Origin: Octopus vulgaris
Lineage: Eukaryota
Length of the DNA: 64,000 bases
NCBI GenBank assembly: GCA_951406725.2
Contig: OX597824.1
Coordinates: forward strand, 84,692,001-84,756,000
Reading direction: 5' to 3'
Shown here: piece after piece, positions 27,648 to 39,957 of the stretch
Position numbering within the stretch: position 1 is the first letter of the stretch
Layout: every line of letters begins with the position of its first letter
Made by a program: the position numbers and the translations under genes
Notes under the pieces: generated by a model
The model's database searches: none
Told to the model about the DNA's origin: nothing
Seen by the model: only the letters and a program-made list of their open reading frames with translations

Positions 27648-27933
27648 TCATCATCATCATCATCGTTTAACGTCCGTTTTCTGCGCTAGCATGAGTTGGA
27701 CGGTTCGACCAGGGTCTGGGAAGCCAGGGGCTGCACCAGGCTCCAGTCTGATCTGGCAGAGTTTCTACAGCTGGATGCCCTTCCTAATGCCAACCACTCC
27801 GCGAGTGTAGTGGGTGCTTTTTACGTGCCACCTATATATATTTAAAATTTAGATTCAGATGAATATGGTACTTAAGTTGAGGTGCCAGAATTTAGTATGG
27901 TATCATCCATATAATTTAAAATAAGGTGATTAT

Positions 27934-28097
27934 AATCAAAATAAGCAACAAGGATATCCAAATGTAGAGCAATCTTCAGAAGATTGCTCTAAATTTTTAA
28001 TTGATTTAATGAAATGATTGCATTGTTCAATTAAATGGAGTCGCATGAAACGATTGTACTGAATTACCTCTGGATATCCTTGTTGCTTATTTTGATT
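27934..28097. repeat. Inverted repeat element (27-bp perfect arms), Penelope-like
   Basis: aatcaaaataagcaacaaggatatcca ... tggatatccttgttgcttattttgatt; internal hairpin agagcaatcttc-a-gaagattgctct. Confidence 0.8.
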
Positions 28098-28235
28098 TAT
28101 ATATATATAAAGATACTATTAATAAATAACAATAGTATAAGCTTTAAACCCAAAAAGGCAAATTCATTAATTTAAAATTAATTATTAATTATAATGGAGG
28201 GTAAACAAAGTACCAACATTGCTAGAAATCAGTGA

Positions 28236-28299
28236 GACATACTGATGAGAACTAAGGGAAATATCTCAAAGTTCAAAACCATGTGATATAGGTATATTT
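28236..28299 (+). ncRNA. Degenerate type I hammerhead ribozyme
   Basis: ata-CTGATGA-gaact...agttc-AAAA-cc..gg-TA-tat: all three stems can be drawn; core GAAA reads AAAA at a CpG site. Confidence 0.55.
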
Positions 28300-28461
28300 A
28301 TTTGTGACTTTCAACTGCAATGGTAGGTTAAATTATATTTATTCCTCAATTTTGTCAGCCTGTTGAATTTTCAGTGAAATTGTGACTTATTTGAGCATTT
28401 TTTGACCCTTGTGTACCCTCAGTTATAATTGTGTACCTTCAATTATAATGATTAATAATCT

Positions 28462-28503
<42 letters not shown>

Positions 28504-28726
28504 GTGAATTGAAGAAATCCGTTGGAAAAAACAAAAACAGAACAGAGGCGGAGCAAAACAAATCGAACTAATAATATTAAAATTCAATTATCCGCACCAA
28601 CGCACGGTTGCAACACCATATGGTTGTACCTCCAACCGTGCTGTCTTCTGCTGTGATTTTTGCTACCAAGGTATCGGTTAAACTTTTGATTAATCTGCTA
28701 CAAGATTATTCATCTTTCTATTTCAC

Positions 28727-28767
<41 letters not shown>

Positions 28768-28994
28768 TATATATATAAATTTGAACAAAGAACATAAAGA
28801 CAAACAAAATGCTACCAAATTCATCTTTACATTCTGAGTTGAAATTCCACCCTGATCAACTTTGCCTTTCATCCTTTCGGGGGCAATAAAACAAGTACCA
28901 GTTGAGCACTGTGGTCAATGATGTAGTTGACTTACCCTCCTCTCCAAATTGCTGGCCATGAGCCAAACTTTGAAACCATTATTATGATTATTAT

Positions 28995-29414
28995 TGAGTG
29001 AGAGAGCAGCGCATACCATCAAAGTGTCACTGAGGTGCAAATATAGGAAGCCCAATATACCCATCATGACTACTCATCTGATAAGGATACACCAGGCATA
29101 AGCATCACAGTTATATGTACACGACATGATGATCTCATGGTGAATTATCCAAACCTCTAAGAATTCCTTTCAACACATGGCTATGATGCTCCCCCACTAT
29201 TTCTGCTCATGGTCAGAGATGCACATATCGTCAGTCACTAAGGGACATGCTCAACTGGTTAAGGTCAAACAACTGACAAGCAAATCTGTGGTATTGAGCA
29301 GAATATTTGTTGTAGCCCATCTTTTATACCAAGACAAAACAATGTACATGATAACACTTCCAATCAGTTAAGATCAGAAGCCACGAGAGCCACTGCTTGG
29401 TACTGCATCAGGGC
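28995..29414 (-). mobile_element. SINE-like repeat with a possibly 5S rRNA-derived head
   Basis: Minus strand begins GCCCTGATGCAGTACCA...CTGATCTTAACTGATTGGAAG...CTTGGTATAAAAGATGGG...AATACC, loosely colinear with 5S rRNA. Confidence 0.45.
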
Positions 29415-29590
29415 ATTTATTATTATTTCTAGCATAGGCAGGGCACATTTGATTCTATCAATCATTTTTTTATCGACACTGGATAAATGAAAACAAAGGT
29501 GATTTTTGCAAGATTTGACTGGACATGTAGATGGATGTAACCAAATACAGTAAGGCATTTAGTCTCTTGCTCTGCTGATTCAATCAATCA

Positions 29591-29821
<231 letters not shown>

Positions 29822-31124
29822 TAATCCTTTCTACTGGAGGCACAGCACAAGGCCACAAATTTGTGGGGAGGGGACTAGTCAATTACATCGACCCCAGTGT
29901 TTTCATGGTACTTAATTTTATCGACCCCGAAAGGATGAAAGGCATAGTCAACCTTGGCGGAATTTGAACTCAGAACATAACAGATAATATTAATATTAAT
30001 AATGATAATAATAATAATAATAATAATATTTACAACAATAATAATTACAAGGCCTGAAATTTGAGGGTAGGGATAAAGTCAATCACATTGACCCCACTAC
30101 TTGACTTGTACTTAATTTATTGATCCTGAAAGGATGAAAAGCAAAGTCGACTTCGGTGGAATTTGAACTCAGAACATAGAGACATACAAAGTACTGCTAA
30201 GCATTTTGCCCGGCTTGCTAACAATTTTGCCATAAGCACAGGGCCACACATTTGTGAATAGTGTCACTGATAACATTAATACCAGTACTTGATTGGTAGC
30301 TATTTCATCAACTCTACAAAGATGAAAGAAATAATATAACAGACATCAAAAGAAAGAAAAGATATTGATGAAACAAAGACTGATACACTTCAAATCATAT
30401 CTGCTAAATACAAGAGTGCATAGTAGTAATGTTTTATAGGCCTGTTGATATAATAAATAATTAAAGTACAAGTTCATGGGACAAAATATTTATTTCACCC
30501 AACATTCCTACCCTAACCACATACATAAACTTATAACCTAAATAAATCAAAATATCTTAAGCTTTCTTCATTAGTTAACATGATTAAGACCAACTGACTG
30601 TGCTAATATCAGTCATATAAACTTAACAACACATTCAACCACATGTCTGAAATTAATCAAAATGATCCTTGCTAGCTTGGTACAAAAACATGCTGTCAAA
30701 AACTAGTTTCAACTGTCTCAATTTCAGCTGAATGAACATAATAAAAGTATTTAGAAAGGACTAAGAGAGAATATCCTAAACTCTGCTGGTTTGAATTAGA
30801 GTAACGATTACAAATATTTTTTACCTTATATCGAATCCAAGGGAATGTATCTGATTTAGAGTAAGCAACAGAAAAACAGAGTACATTCATATTTCATAAT
30901 GGAAGGATAGTCGTTCTCTCAACACAAGTAGTTGATAGACTAGTGGGTGTTGGTACTGTAGTATTGTTTCAAACTGGAGTGGCTGATGGCCAATACTAAA
31001 GTGATTAGTGGCTACTAGAGTAATGGTCCACACTGAAGTTATGATAGACCCTAAAAAATTATGTTAGCATGGGAAAAATATTATAACTTTGCTGTTATTT
31101 CCCATGTGTGTGCATTCATGTGTG

Positions 31125-31164
<40 letters not shown>

Positions 31165-32247
31165 TACACATACATAATTACAAAACAGGAGAAGGCTAAT
31201 TAATGAATTAACCCATTATATTGCAAATCACCTAATCATGGTAGGAAGAATGTGGGTTGGAATAACTTGGCATTTACAAATAAACTTTAAGTGTACTTGT
31301 ATGTTCTCATGAAGCGACACAAACAAGAAAATTAATATTTCCTCCTAAAAATTAGAGAATACAAGTTTACATAAAAATGCTAGTTAATTATGACAATTAA
31401 TTAGTTCATATTTTATTTTATTACTTTTTTTCTTCAGGACCACAGCATGAATATAGTTTCAGGGTTTCAAATTATATCATTTTCATTTTGAATTTCTGAG
31501 CTGAGAAATTAACATTCTTATATACTACTATATATTTCTTTACTGCCCACAAGGGGCTAAACATAGAGGAGACAAACAAGGACAGACAAGGGATTAAGTC
31601 GATTACATCGATCCCAGTGCGAAACTGGTACTTTATTTATCAACCCCGAAAGGATGAAAGGCAGAGTCAACCTCAGTGGAATTTGAACTCAGAACATAAC
31701 AACAGATGAAATACCGCTAAGCATTTCGCCCGGTGCGCTAACGTTTCTGCCAGCTTGTTGCCTTCTCATTCTTATATACTAATATAGTCTTATATATTTA
31801 TATATCTATATATTCTAATAATATATGCAACTAAGTGTCCTCAACTTCATTGTTGTAGTCACAATATTTCAGCTGTTGTACTTTCCAGTCTTTTGGTAGC
31901 ATGGTGACAACTTCACATATGTTGATGTTTCGATCTTATTAGACTTCATCAGCGAAATGTGGTCTAACTGTTACTGCAAATTTTAGAGGACTAAAGATGT
32001 ATATAGGATGTTTATGTATCATGAGATCACACCTAGTTAAGAAACCTGGCTCTAGAAGTAAAATAAGAGCTATTTCCACTCCACTCTGTCTTACTTCATG
32101 CTCAACATTTTCTTTTATTCCATAGGAATGCATCCATCTGTAATCTTCATCTCTGCTCACAATTTCCTTTAAATAGTTAAATCAGATATTTCAGAGAATG
32201 GATATAGTCAATTAAATTGACCTCACTAGGACCGATACTTACTCTCC

Positions 32248-32340
<93 letters not shown>

Positions 32341-33769
32341 ATTTGCAGTATCAGACTATATTTCACTGATGAAGCCTTGTGTGTGTGTACGTGCATGCAT
32401 GTAAATATTTTATCAGAGTCAAAAGGACTAGTAGTAAGTTCAAGCTTAGAAACTATCTATTGGAAAGAATAAAATCAAGTATCAAAATTCACAATCAATC
32501 ATCGTCAATTAGCTCAAATGACTTTCTGACAGATTAGAGTTATGGATAGAAATATAGAAAAAATAAAATAGCTGCAACTGGGAAACAAAATGGAATGAAA
32601 GACAACACTGAAATGGAATTTACTTTGTGGACTCACAGGTGTGAAAAAAAAACTGTAATAAACAGTATACTAATATTTCTGTCATTGCCACTCTATCAAT
32701 TCTGCCACTACGCTGTTCTTGAAAAGATATTCTTTTCAATAACAAGAATTAAAAAAAGAAAAAACACAATTAAGTTAAACTATAAATGAAACTAAGACAC
32801 AGCTTACCTCATCACAGCATAGACAAGAGATTTCATTTGCAACCATGACATGTCCCAGGTGTGCAATATTGTACAACAAAACATATATGGAGTGTGAAGA
32901 TACAGTCTGCTGAATATATAGTGGGCATCAAAGTACATAGCATGGGGGGTGGGAGGGTGATATTAGAAATATCACGTGCTTCATCAGAGAGATAGTATTA
33001 TGAATGTTTGGACATATATAAGGCTGAATAAAGCTCATGCTGAGAGATAAAATGTCACAAATCAATGGGATAAAGTAGAACCCAATCGTTTCTAAACAAA
33101 TGTACTAAGGTGGAGGCATAATGAGAAAAACTGTGTGAAAATATATATGGCCTGAAAAAATTAAGAATCATCAGTAACAACATGAAAGAGATAAGACTAT
33201 CTGAGCCATGCTGGCATAAGGAAAATAGTTACAAAACTAATGATAATGATGACAAACAAACACCATCAATGAATGGGGTACATGCATGGCAATCGCATGG
33301 TTCTAGGTTCAACCACACTGTATGATACCTAAAGCATTGGTTCAATCAAAACTTTTCTATCTACCAAGGTATTGGCTGGCTTGTGGCTATAGCAGAAGAA
33401 ACTTGACCAAGATACTGCCCAAAAGGACTGAACCTGAAACTTGTGGTTGAAAATGCACCTCTGTCCAGACACATACACACTTTTATATAAATACCATCAA
33501 GGGGTGGCAAAAGACTGAACCCAAAAGACCATTTGGTACTTATTTTCTAGTTATGCCCCCTTACGCCTGGGTTGACTTTGTCATTCTGTCTTTCAAGGTT
33601 GATGAAATAGGCATCAAAATAAAGAACTGAATTCAACATACAGTAGTAGTACCTCGGTTTTCGAACAACTCTGATCATGAATAAATCATGCTTTATCTCC
33701 TGTCTTTCTTATGTTTGTTATTAATACCTCAGTTTATGAATGCTTCTGATCACAAATAAATTGTGCTTT

Positions 33770-34689
33770 ATATATATATATATATATACAACATATGTGG
33801 GAAATTCCATCTGTGGGTGTGTTTGTGGAGTTGTTAGCTAACTCCTCCTACATCGTTTTATCAATTTTGGTGAAACTTGACACGCGAATAGAACTCTGGA
33901 AACCTCATGGCATACTCAGACTGTTGAAAAAAAAAAATCAATAATAGGGCCCCTGGAAGGGATCCTTATATATATCTAATATATTTCATTTTAACAGCCA
34001 AGGGAAATAATCCATTTGCCCAGATTTTAACAGTCAAGGGAAATAACTCATTCGTTTTCCTAAATCATTTGGTATAAATCAAATTGAGTATATTTATTTC
34101 TTAGTATTTGAACTGTTAGAGATATTTTCGCAATTTATTCAGTACAACCCTTAAACAAGTAAATAGTATTTTCCTAAACAATAGATCCACTTACTTCAGT
34201 TAGTGACTTATTCACGAATATACCAACACTAGCGCTGCTGAGGGTAATATTCTCTGGGAATGCACAAAAGCCCTTTTCAGAGTTATTTACTTTGAATTGT
34301 TATTATCTCATATCTGATTAGCCTGTTATTACGTAACATGCTTCACGATTTTAGTATACATATCTTATTAGTATTTCCTCCTAAGTTCTATATACTCTGG
34401 GAATGCATTACAGCCCTTTTCGGGGCTACTTTATTTGAATTCTTATTATCGGGTAACTAATTTCATGTTATTACATAAGTGACTTCACAATTTTGGTATT
34501 CATAACTTATTGGGAATTCCTAAAAACAAGATCCTGTATAAGACAGTTCGGTATTCTCTGTAAATGCACAAAAACCATTTTAAGGGCTATATTCTTTGTA
34601 GTGTTGTTATTGGATTAGCGAAACAATTATGAGAACAGAACCAAGGGATAAGCCCCACTTTCCTGAGAATTACCGGGTACATCAGCTAA
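33770..34689 (+). mobile_element. Non-autonomous Helitron inserted in a (TA)n tract
   Basis: gaaacttgacacgc motif shared with the 58763 element; internal ~140-bp degenerate tandem units; 3' cctgagaattaccggg hairpin then CTAA|T. Confidence 0.65.
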
Positions 34690-34753
34690 TATATATATAT
34701 ATCTAAAGCACGATTTATTTGTGATCAAATTTGTTTGAAAACTGAGGTACTAC

Positions 34754-34926
34754 TACATTATTTACATTTGACGGACATTTGTTCTCATCTTGTTTGTTGT
34801 TAACACAACATTTTGGTGATATACCCTCCAGCCTTCTCCACCACTTCTTAACCACATGTGGCGTAGTGGTTAAGAGCGCAGGCTACTAACCTCAAGATTC
34901 CAAGCAGTGACCTGAACAACAACAAC

Positions 34927-34970
<44 letters not shown>

Positions 34971-35155
34971 CAACAACAACATCGAAAAATACCCTAGGAA
35001 CGAGAACCCAGGTTTGAAATTTCCCCAAGACATCTGAAGAAGGCTGGAGGGTATATCAGCCAAAATGATGTGTTAACGACAAACAAGATGAGGACAAATA
35101 TCCGTCGAATGTAAATAATGTACATAATTCCTCATCTCTTAAATATAGAATGGTA
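34754..35155 (+). mobile_element. tRNA-headed SINE with Penelope-like hammerhead tail and inverted partial copy
   Basis: tggcgtagtggttaagagcgc head at about 34859; (AAT/AAC)n spacer; gacat-CTGAAGA-a-ggctg..cagcc-AAAA-tgat-gtgtt at 35029-35074; 34754-34837 is the reverse complement of 35038-35122. Confidence 0.75.
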
Positions 35156-37870
35156 TGAGGTACTACTGTAATTGAAACAAAAAAAAAAATGAAAATTGAA
35201 CATGATGCCCTAGCATGACCTCAGTCCAATAATAGAAGAATAGCATAGGAATTCTTTCTAAAACTAATATTTTATAAAAAGTATCATGTATTGTTTACAG
35301 ATATATCACCACCACCATCATCATCAACATCATTTAACATCCATTTTCCATGCTGGCATGGATTGGACAATTTGATAGGAGGTAGCAAGTCAGAGGGCTA
35401 TGTCAAGTTCCACTGTCTGCTTTGGCATAGTTTCGAAGGCTGGATGCCCTTCCTCATGCCAACCAGTTTACTGGATGTCTTTTACATGACACCAGCATCA
35501 GTACTACGACCCCTTGACAGGAAGAGGGAGTAGTATTGAGCAGAGTGGCTTTGTGCCAGTTGGGAGGTTAAAGCCAACCTCAGCAGAATTTGAACTCAGA
35601 ACATGAAGATGGACAGCATTGAATTTTCACCATCTCACTTCCATTGCACACACACACACACACACACACAGATATTCACATACCTCCCTTTTATATACAC
35701 ACACATACTCACAGGATTGAAACACTCCCACTACCAGCTTGCCATCACTCCTTCCCTATTGATCTATCACCCCTTCCTTTCTCATTCATATGTTGCGATG
35801 GAGAAAACCACAAGAGTATTATCATAGTAGATAATAATGATAATGATGATGATGGTTTCTCACATAGACAAAAACCAGAAATTTTGGTAGGAAGGAACAA
35901 GCAAATATATCAATCCCAGTAGTTGACTGGTATCCATTTTACCGACAACATAAAGAGGAAATGCAAAGTCAATCTTGGCAGGATTTGAACTCAGAAAGTA
36001 AACTGTCACAAGTACCACAAGGCCTTTTATCATATGATTTAACCAATCTGTCAATCCATCAACAATATACAAATACAGAGACACAGTTGCTGAAAGGTTA
36101 TGTGCCAAAATAATATTTTCAAAGGTCATGATTGCAGTCTCCCACTGGCATTGTATTTTCCACGTTCAGCTTATCTAAAATTAGACACCATTTTGATTTG
36201 AGATGATGACACCAATTTATGTATAAAAAAATTACAGCTCCACTAATGTACAAAACTGCATGACAAACGCTCATACAAAATATGAAGAAAAATATAAACA
36301 TAAAAGCACATTTTATTACAGCCTTTTTCTTATATGTATGTATTACATCTGTAATATATCGGCTCCAAAATATGCACTCCAAGTATAATAAAGTGGATTT
36401 AATGTATGTATTATCTGCCTAATATTTTTTTTATTGGAATTATTTAAACTTGAAAACCTTTTTTAAACATGAACCAATTTATTCTTTTCATACAGTTCCA
36501 CTTTCATTACTGTCAAAATGTTCCGTTTGTCATCAGGTGCCATATTTACTATACTAAGGTACATGTTCTGAGAATGAGTTTTTATGAAATAAAGATTCAT
36601 GTGTTCAAAACTAGTCTAAGAACAAATAAATGGTAAACATTGTGCCTAATAATAGATGGCAATTAAAATGTTTGAAAATGGATTTTACACAAAAAATTTA
36701 ATTAGCGTGTTTATGCAAGTAGAAAACACTGATTTTAAAGTAATTTTGCAGTTATAAAAATGAAACATTCATGTAACTGCATGTAGAGAAATGTTTCAAA
36801 ACCATATAGTATGCATTTGTGTGTGTGTGAGTGTGTGTACAGGCAAGTCTGCATTTCTCCAAAAATTACAGAGCTCCAAGCAGTGGTATTGTTATCATTT
36901 CCTCTGTCAACAAATTATATACCACAAGGTTAGCACATTTGAAGACATACTGAATAAGAGATCCTTTACTTGAAAAACAGGTATGGGTTGATCACAGGAA
37001 AAGTTTCTGACTATAAAACAGTGCCTCAATAATATATTCATCTAGCTTTCCATGGCTAGCAAGGAAAAATAAATGCATGAAGGAACTACATGTAGATATA
37101 TGTATAACAAGTGGAACACAGAACACCTTAACTCATTGCATCATTAAACAACTGTTATGACGTCAAGAAGAATAAATGGAAATATTTCCCCATCGACATG
37201 ATTTTAATATGTTTTTTCTTTTTTTGGTATTTTTTTCATGATGTTGTAAGCTAAACAAATCTGCAATAATGACTGCTCTTCAAGGACATTGCTAATATTC
37301 AAATAGTTCTAATGTAGTATATAAAAAAAAAATTAAGAAAACATTGTTACTCAAATTGTAAATGCTTCTTTTTATTATTATAATCCTTTTTCTGCTGAGA
37401 CAATCCATCAATCTTTGTCATTTACAGCTTTAGCATATAATACAAACTTGGATAAGTCTATGCAGTCAAGAAAATATAAATCCTGAACCAAATCTGAGCA
37501 GTAACCAACTTTATCCAATACAATGAACTGACAAAATGCAAAGTATAGCCCTGGTGGGATTTGAACTTAGAATGGAATACCAAACTAAAAGCAACTAGTC
37601 CAAATAATGAATCTCTCAGCTATTTCAGATATCTTCTTTCTTTTACTTGTTTCAGTCATGAGACTGTGGCCATGCTGGAGCATTTAAATATGGTTTATTT
37701 TGAGTATGTTTGGAGTCTATTTTCCCTAATTGAGTAGGATGAAATCAAATGATGCAATATAAATATGTTCTCTATCACTTGTTTTAGTCACTGGGCTGTG
37801 GCACCATCTTGAAAGGTTTATTCAAACAAATCAAACCTAGTACTTATTTTTTTAAAGTCTGGTACTTATT

Positions 37871-38250
37871 CTCTTTTACTTGTTTCAGTCATTTGACTGC
37901 GGCCATGCTGGAGCACCGCCTTTAGTCGAGCAAATCGACCCCGGGACTTATTCTTTGTAAGCCCAGTACTTATTCTATCGGTCTCTTTTGCCGAACCGCT
38001 AAGTGACGGGGATGTAAACTCACCAGCATCGGTTGTCAAGCAATGCTAGAGGGACAAATACAGACACACAAACATATACATACATATATATACATATATA
38101 CGACAGGCTTCTTTCAGTTTCCGTCTACCAAATCCACTCACAAGGCATTGGTCGGCCCGAGGCTATAGCAGAAGACACTTGCCCAAGATGCCACGCAGTA
38201 GGACTGAACCCAGAACCATGTGGTTGGTAGGCAAGCTACTTACCACACAG
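37871..38250 (-). mobile_element. Young copy of the abundant tRNA-SINE
   Basis: Near-identical reverse complement of 62701-63105; partial copies adjoin it at 37640-37680, 37780-37870 and 38345-38490. Confidence 0.9.
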
Positions 38251-38855
38251 TCACTCTGTCTCTTTTGATAACCTCACAGTATCATAGGCAAACCAACATC
38301 AGTTATCAAGCAATGGGGGAAAGGGGGAAACACACACACACACAACAGGCTCCCACACAGTTTTCATCTATCAAACTCACTCACAAGGCATTAGTCAGCC
38401 CAGGGCTATAATGACGCTGGGCAGTGAGACTGAACCTGAAACCATTTGGTTGCAAAGCGAGCTTCTTAACCACACCGTCATGCCTGCACTTATACTGGGA
38501 CCTCTTTTATCAACCTCTTGAAATTGAAATGCAAAGTCAATCTTAATATCAGAAATTATTAGTCACATAAAAACAAACAGAAACAAATCCAGTGATCAAT
38601 TTGAACTTATCAACTCAAAATTATCTTTAATGAGACCACTTGTAGCATGTTTTTGTACTGATTTTATCTTAGGAAAACAACAGGAAGGAAGCACACCCCC
38701 TATGGCAGAAAAGTAATTAATAACATTGATGATATCTTCAAAAGTCATTACTACCATGAAGTTGTCAACACAGAGTTGTCAAGATACACCTTGTGTTCTT
38801 TGAACAAAACAGATCACTGATAATTATGACAGGTTGGTAATAAATGGGAGTTTAA

Positions 38856-39957
38856 CCCCATGACAACAGATTTTCATCAGGCAACTAGGTTGCACTGGCG
38901 GTAACAATCTTGGCATTACAGCATCACCTCCGCAAAGAAAGGCACTGCAGCTATGGGATCCCAACTCCAATATGAAATGAGAGTCAGTTTCTGCACAATA
39001 TCCATGAAAATGAACAATGCAAGGAAAACTTTGTCACTTGTAGTTGAAAACCATTCAGTGTTATGTCTGGGCCTTGTATTCTGAGGATGATTTACAGCAT
39101 ACTTATTTGTTTTGTCGGGTTTGTATTCAAACATTTCCTCCTCGCAAATTCATGGAAAGCCTCCAATCACAAATTGTGTTTTTATATTAGGGGTACCAAA
39201 AAACTGCACCGTCATGAAAAATTGTCTATTGCTTACCACACTACATTCTATTGGCCATGGACTGCTGCCCTACTGCCCCTTTGATGTAACAGATACTCAT
39301 CATTGCTGCCAAAATCGGAATCACTTGATTTACTGAGTAAATAATCACTTTCAGAGTTTGAATAATCCTAAAAAAGAACTAACTATTGAGGACTCATCAT
39401 GTGATGGTGAAGAGAAGGGTGCTTGGTGCAGATGGATGTGATGACAAACATGATGTGGAGTGTAAATTTAATGAAGTTGGCATGCATGGACACAATGAAC
39501 TTGGTGTCGAAGTCAGTATAGCTGGATGTGGTGATGAACATGAAGCTGATGTAGCTGGACATGAAGACCAATGCAAGGACCATAAATTCAACGAAACTGG
39601 CATAGCTGGATGCAACTGTAAATTCCATGAAGGACCAGAAGAATTTACTGAATGAGTACAAATTTGATAGTAGAAATGGTGGTGTAACTGCCAAAACTGC
39701 AGCTTTTATAATATTATGGTAATGAAGTCTCAAACTGAGTTGGAAATATTTTCATGAAGAGTCTAACAAACCTATCAGGTTCCTTGAAATTTGCACGGTG
39801 GCCTCTATTATCGATTCCATGAATGATAGCAGATACTTATATCAACTGGTACACAAACAGGTACAAAACCACAGCAGACAGGGCTGCATATGTTTTGGTC
39901 ATATGATTCAAAGCAAGTACCAGTGCATGTAAATTTATGTCAACTGATGTTATGGGG
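38856..39957 (-). mobile_element. Internally deleted piggyBac transposon
   Basis: TTAA on both sides; TIRs ccccatgacaacag / ctgatgttatgggg (12/14 match). Transposase remnant TNKYA...WFSTTSDKVFLALFIFMDIVQK...YWSWDPIAAVPFFAEVM at 38916-39134. Confidence 0.88.

Larger units (their letters stand above)
33641..35168. mobile_element. pogo/Tigger-type MITE hosting two nested insertions
   Basis: TA|cagtagtagtacctcggttttcgaacaa... at left; ...ttgtttgaaaactgaggtactact at about 34730-34754 and gaggtactactg|TA at 35157-35170. Confidence 0.7.

Noticed and set aside
39383-39733. His/Cys/Asp-rich ORF resembling a metal-binding protein
   Set aside because: Antisense reading of a repetitive segment inside the piggyBac element; no ATG or splice support.
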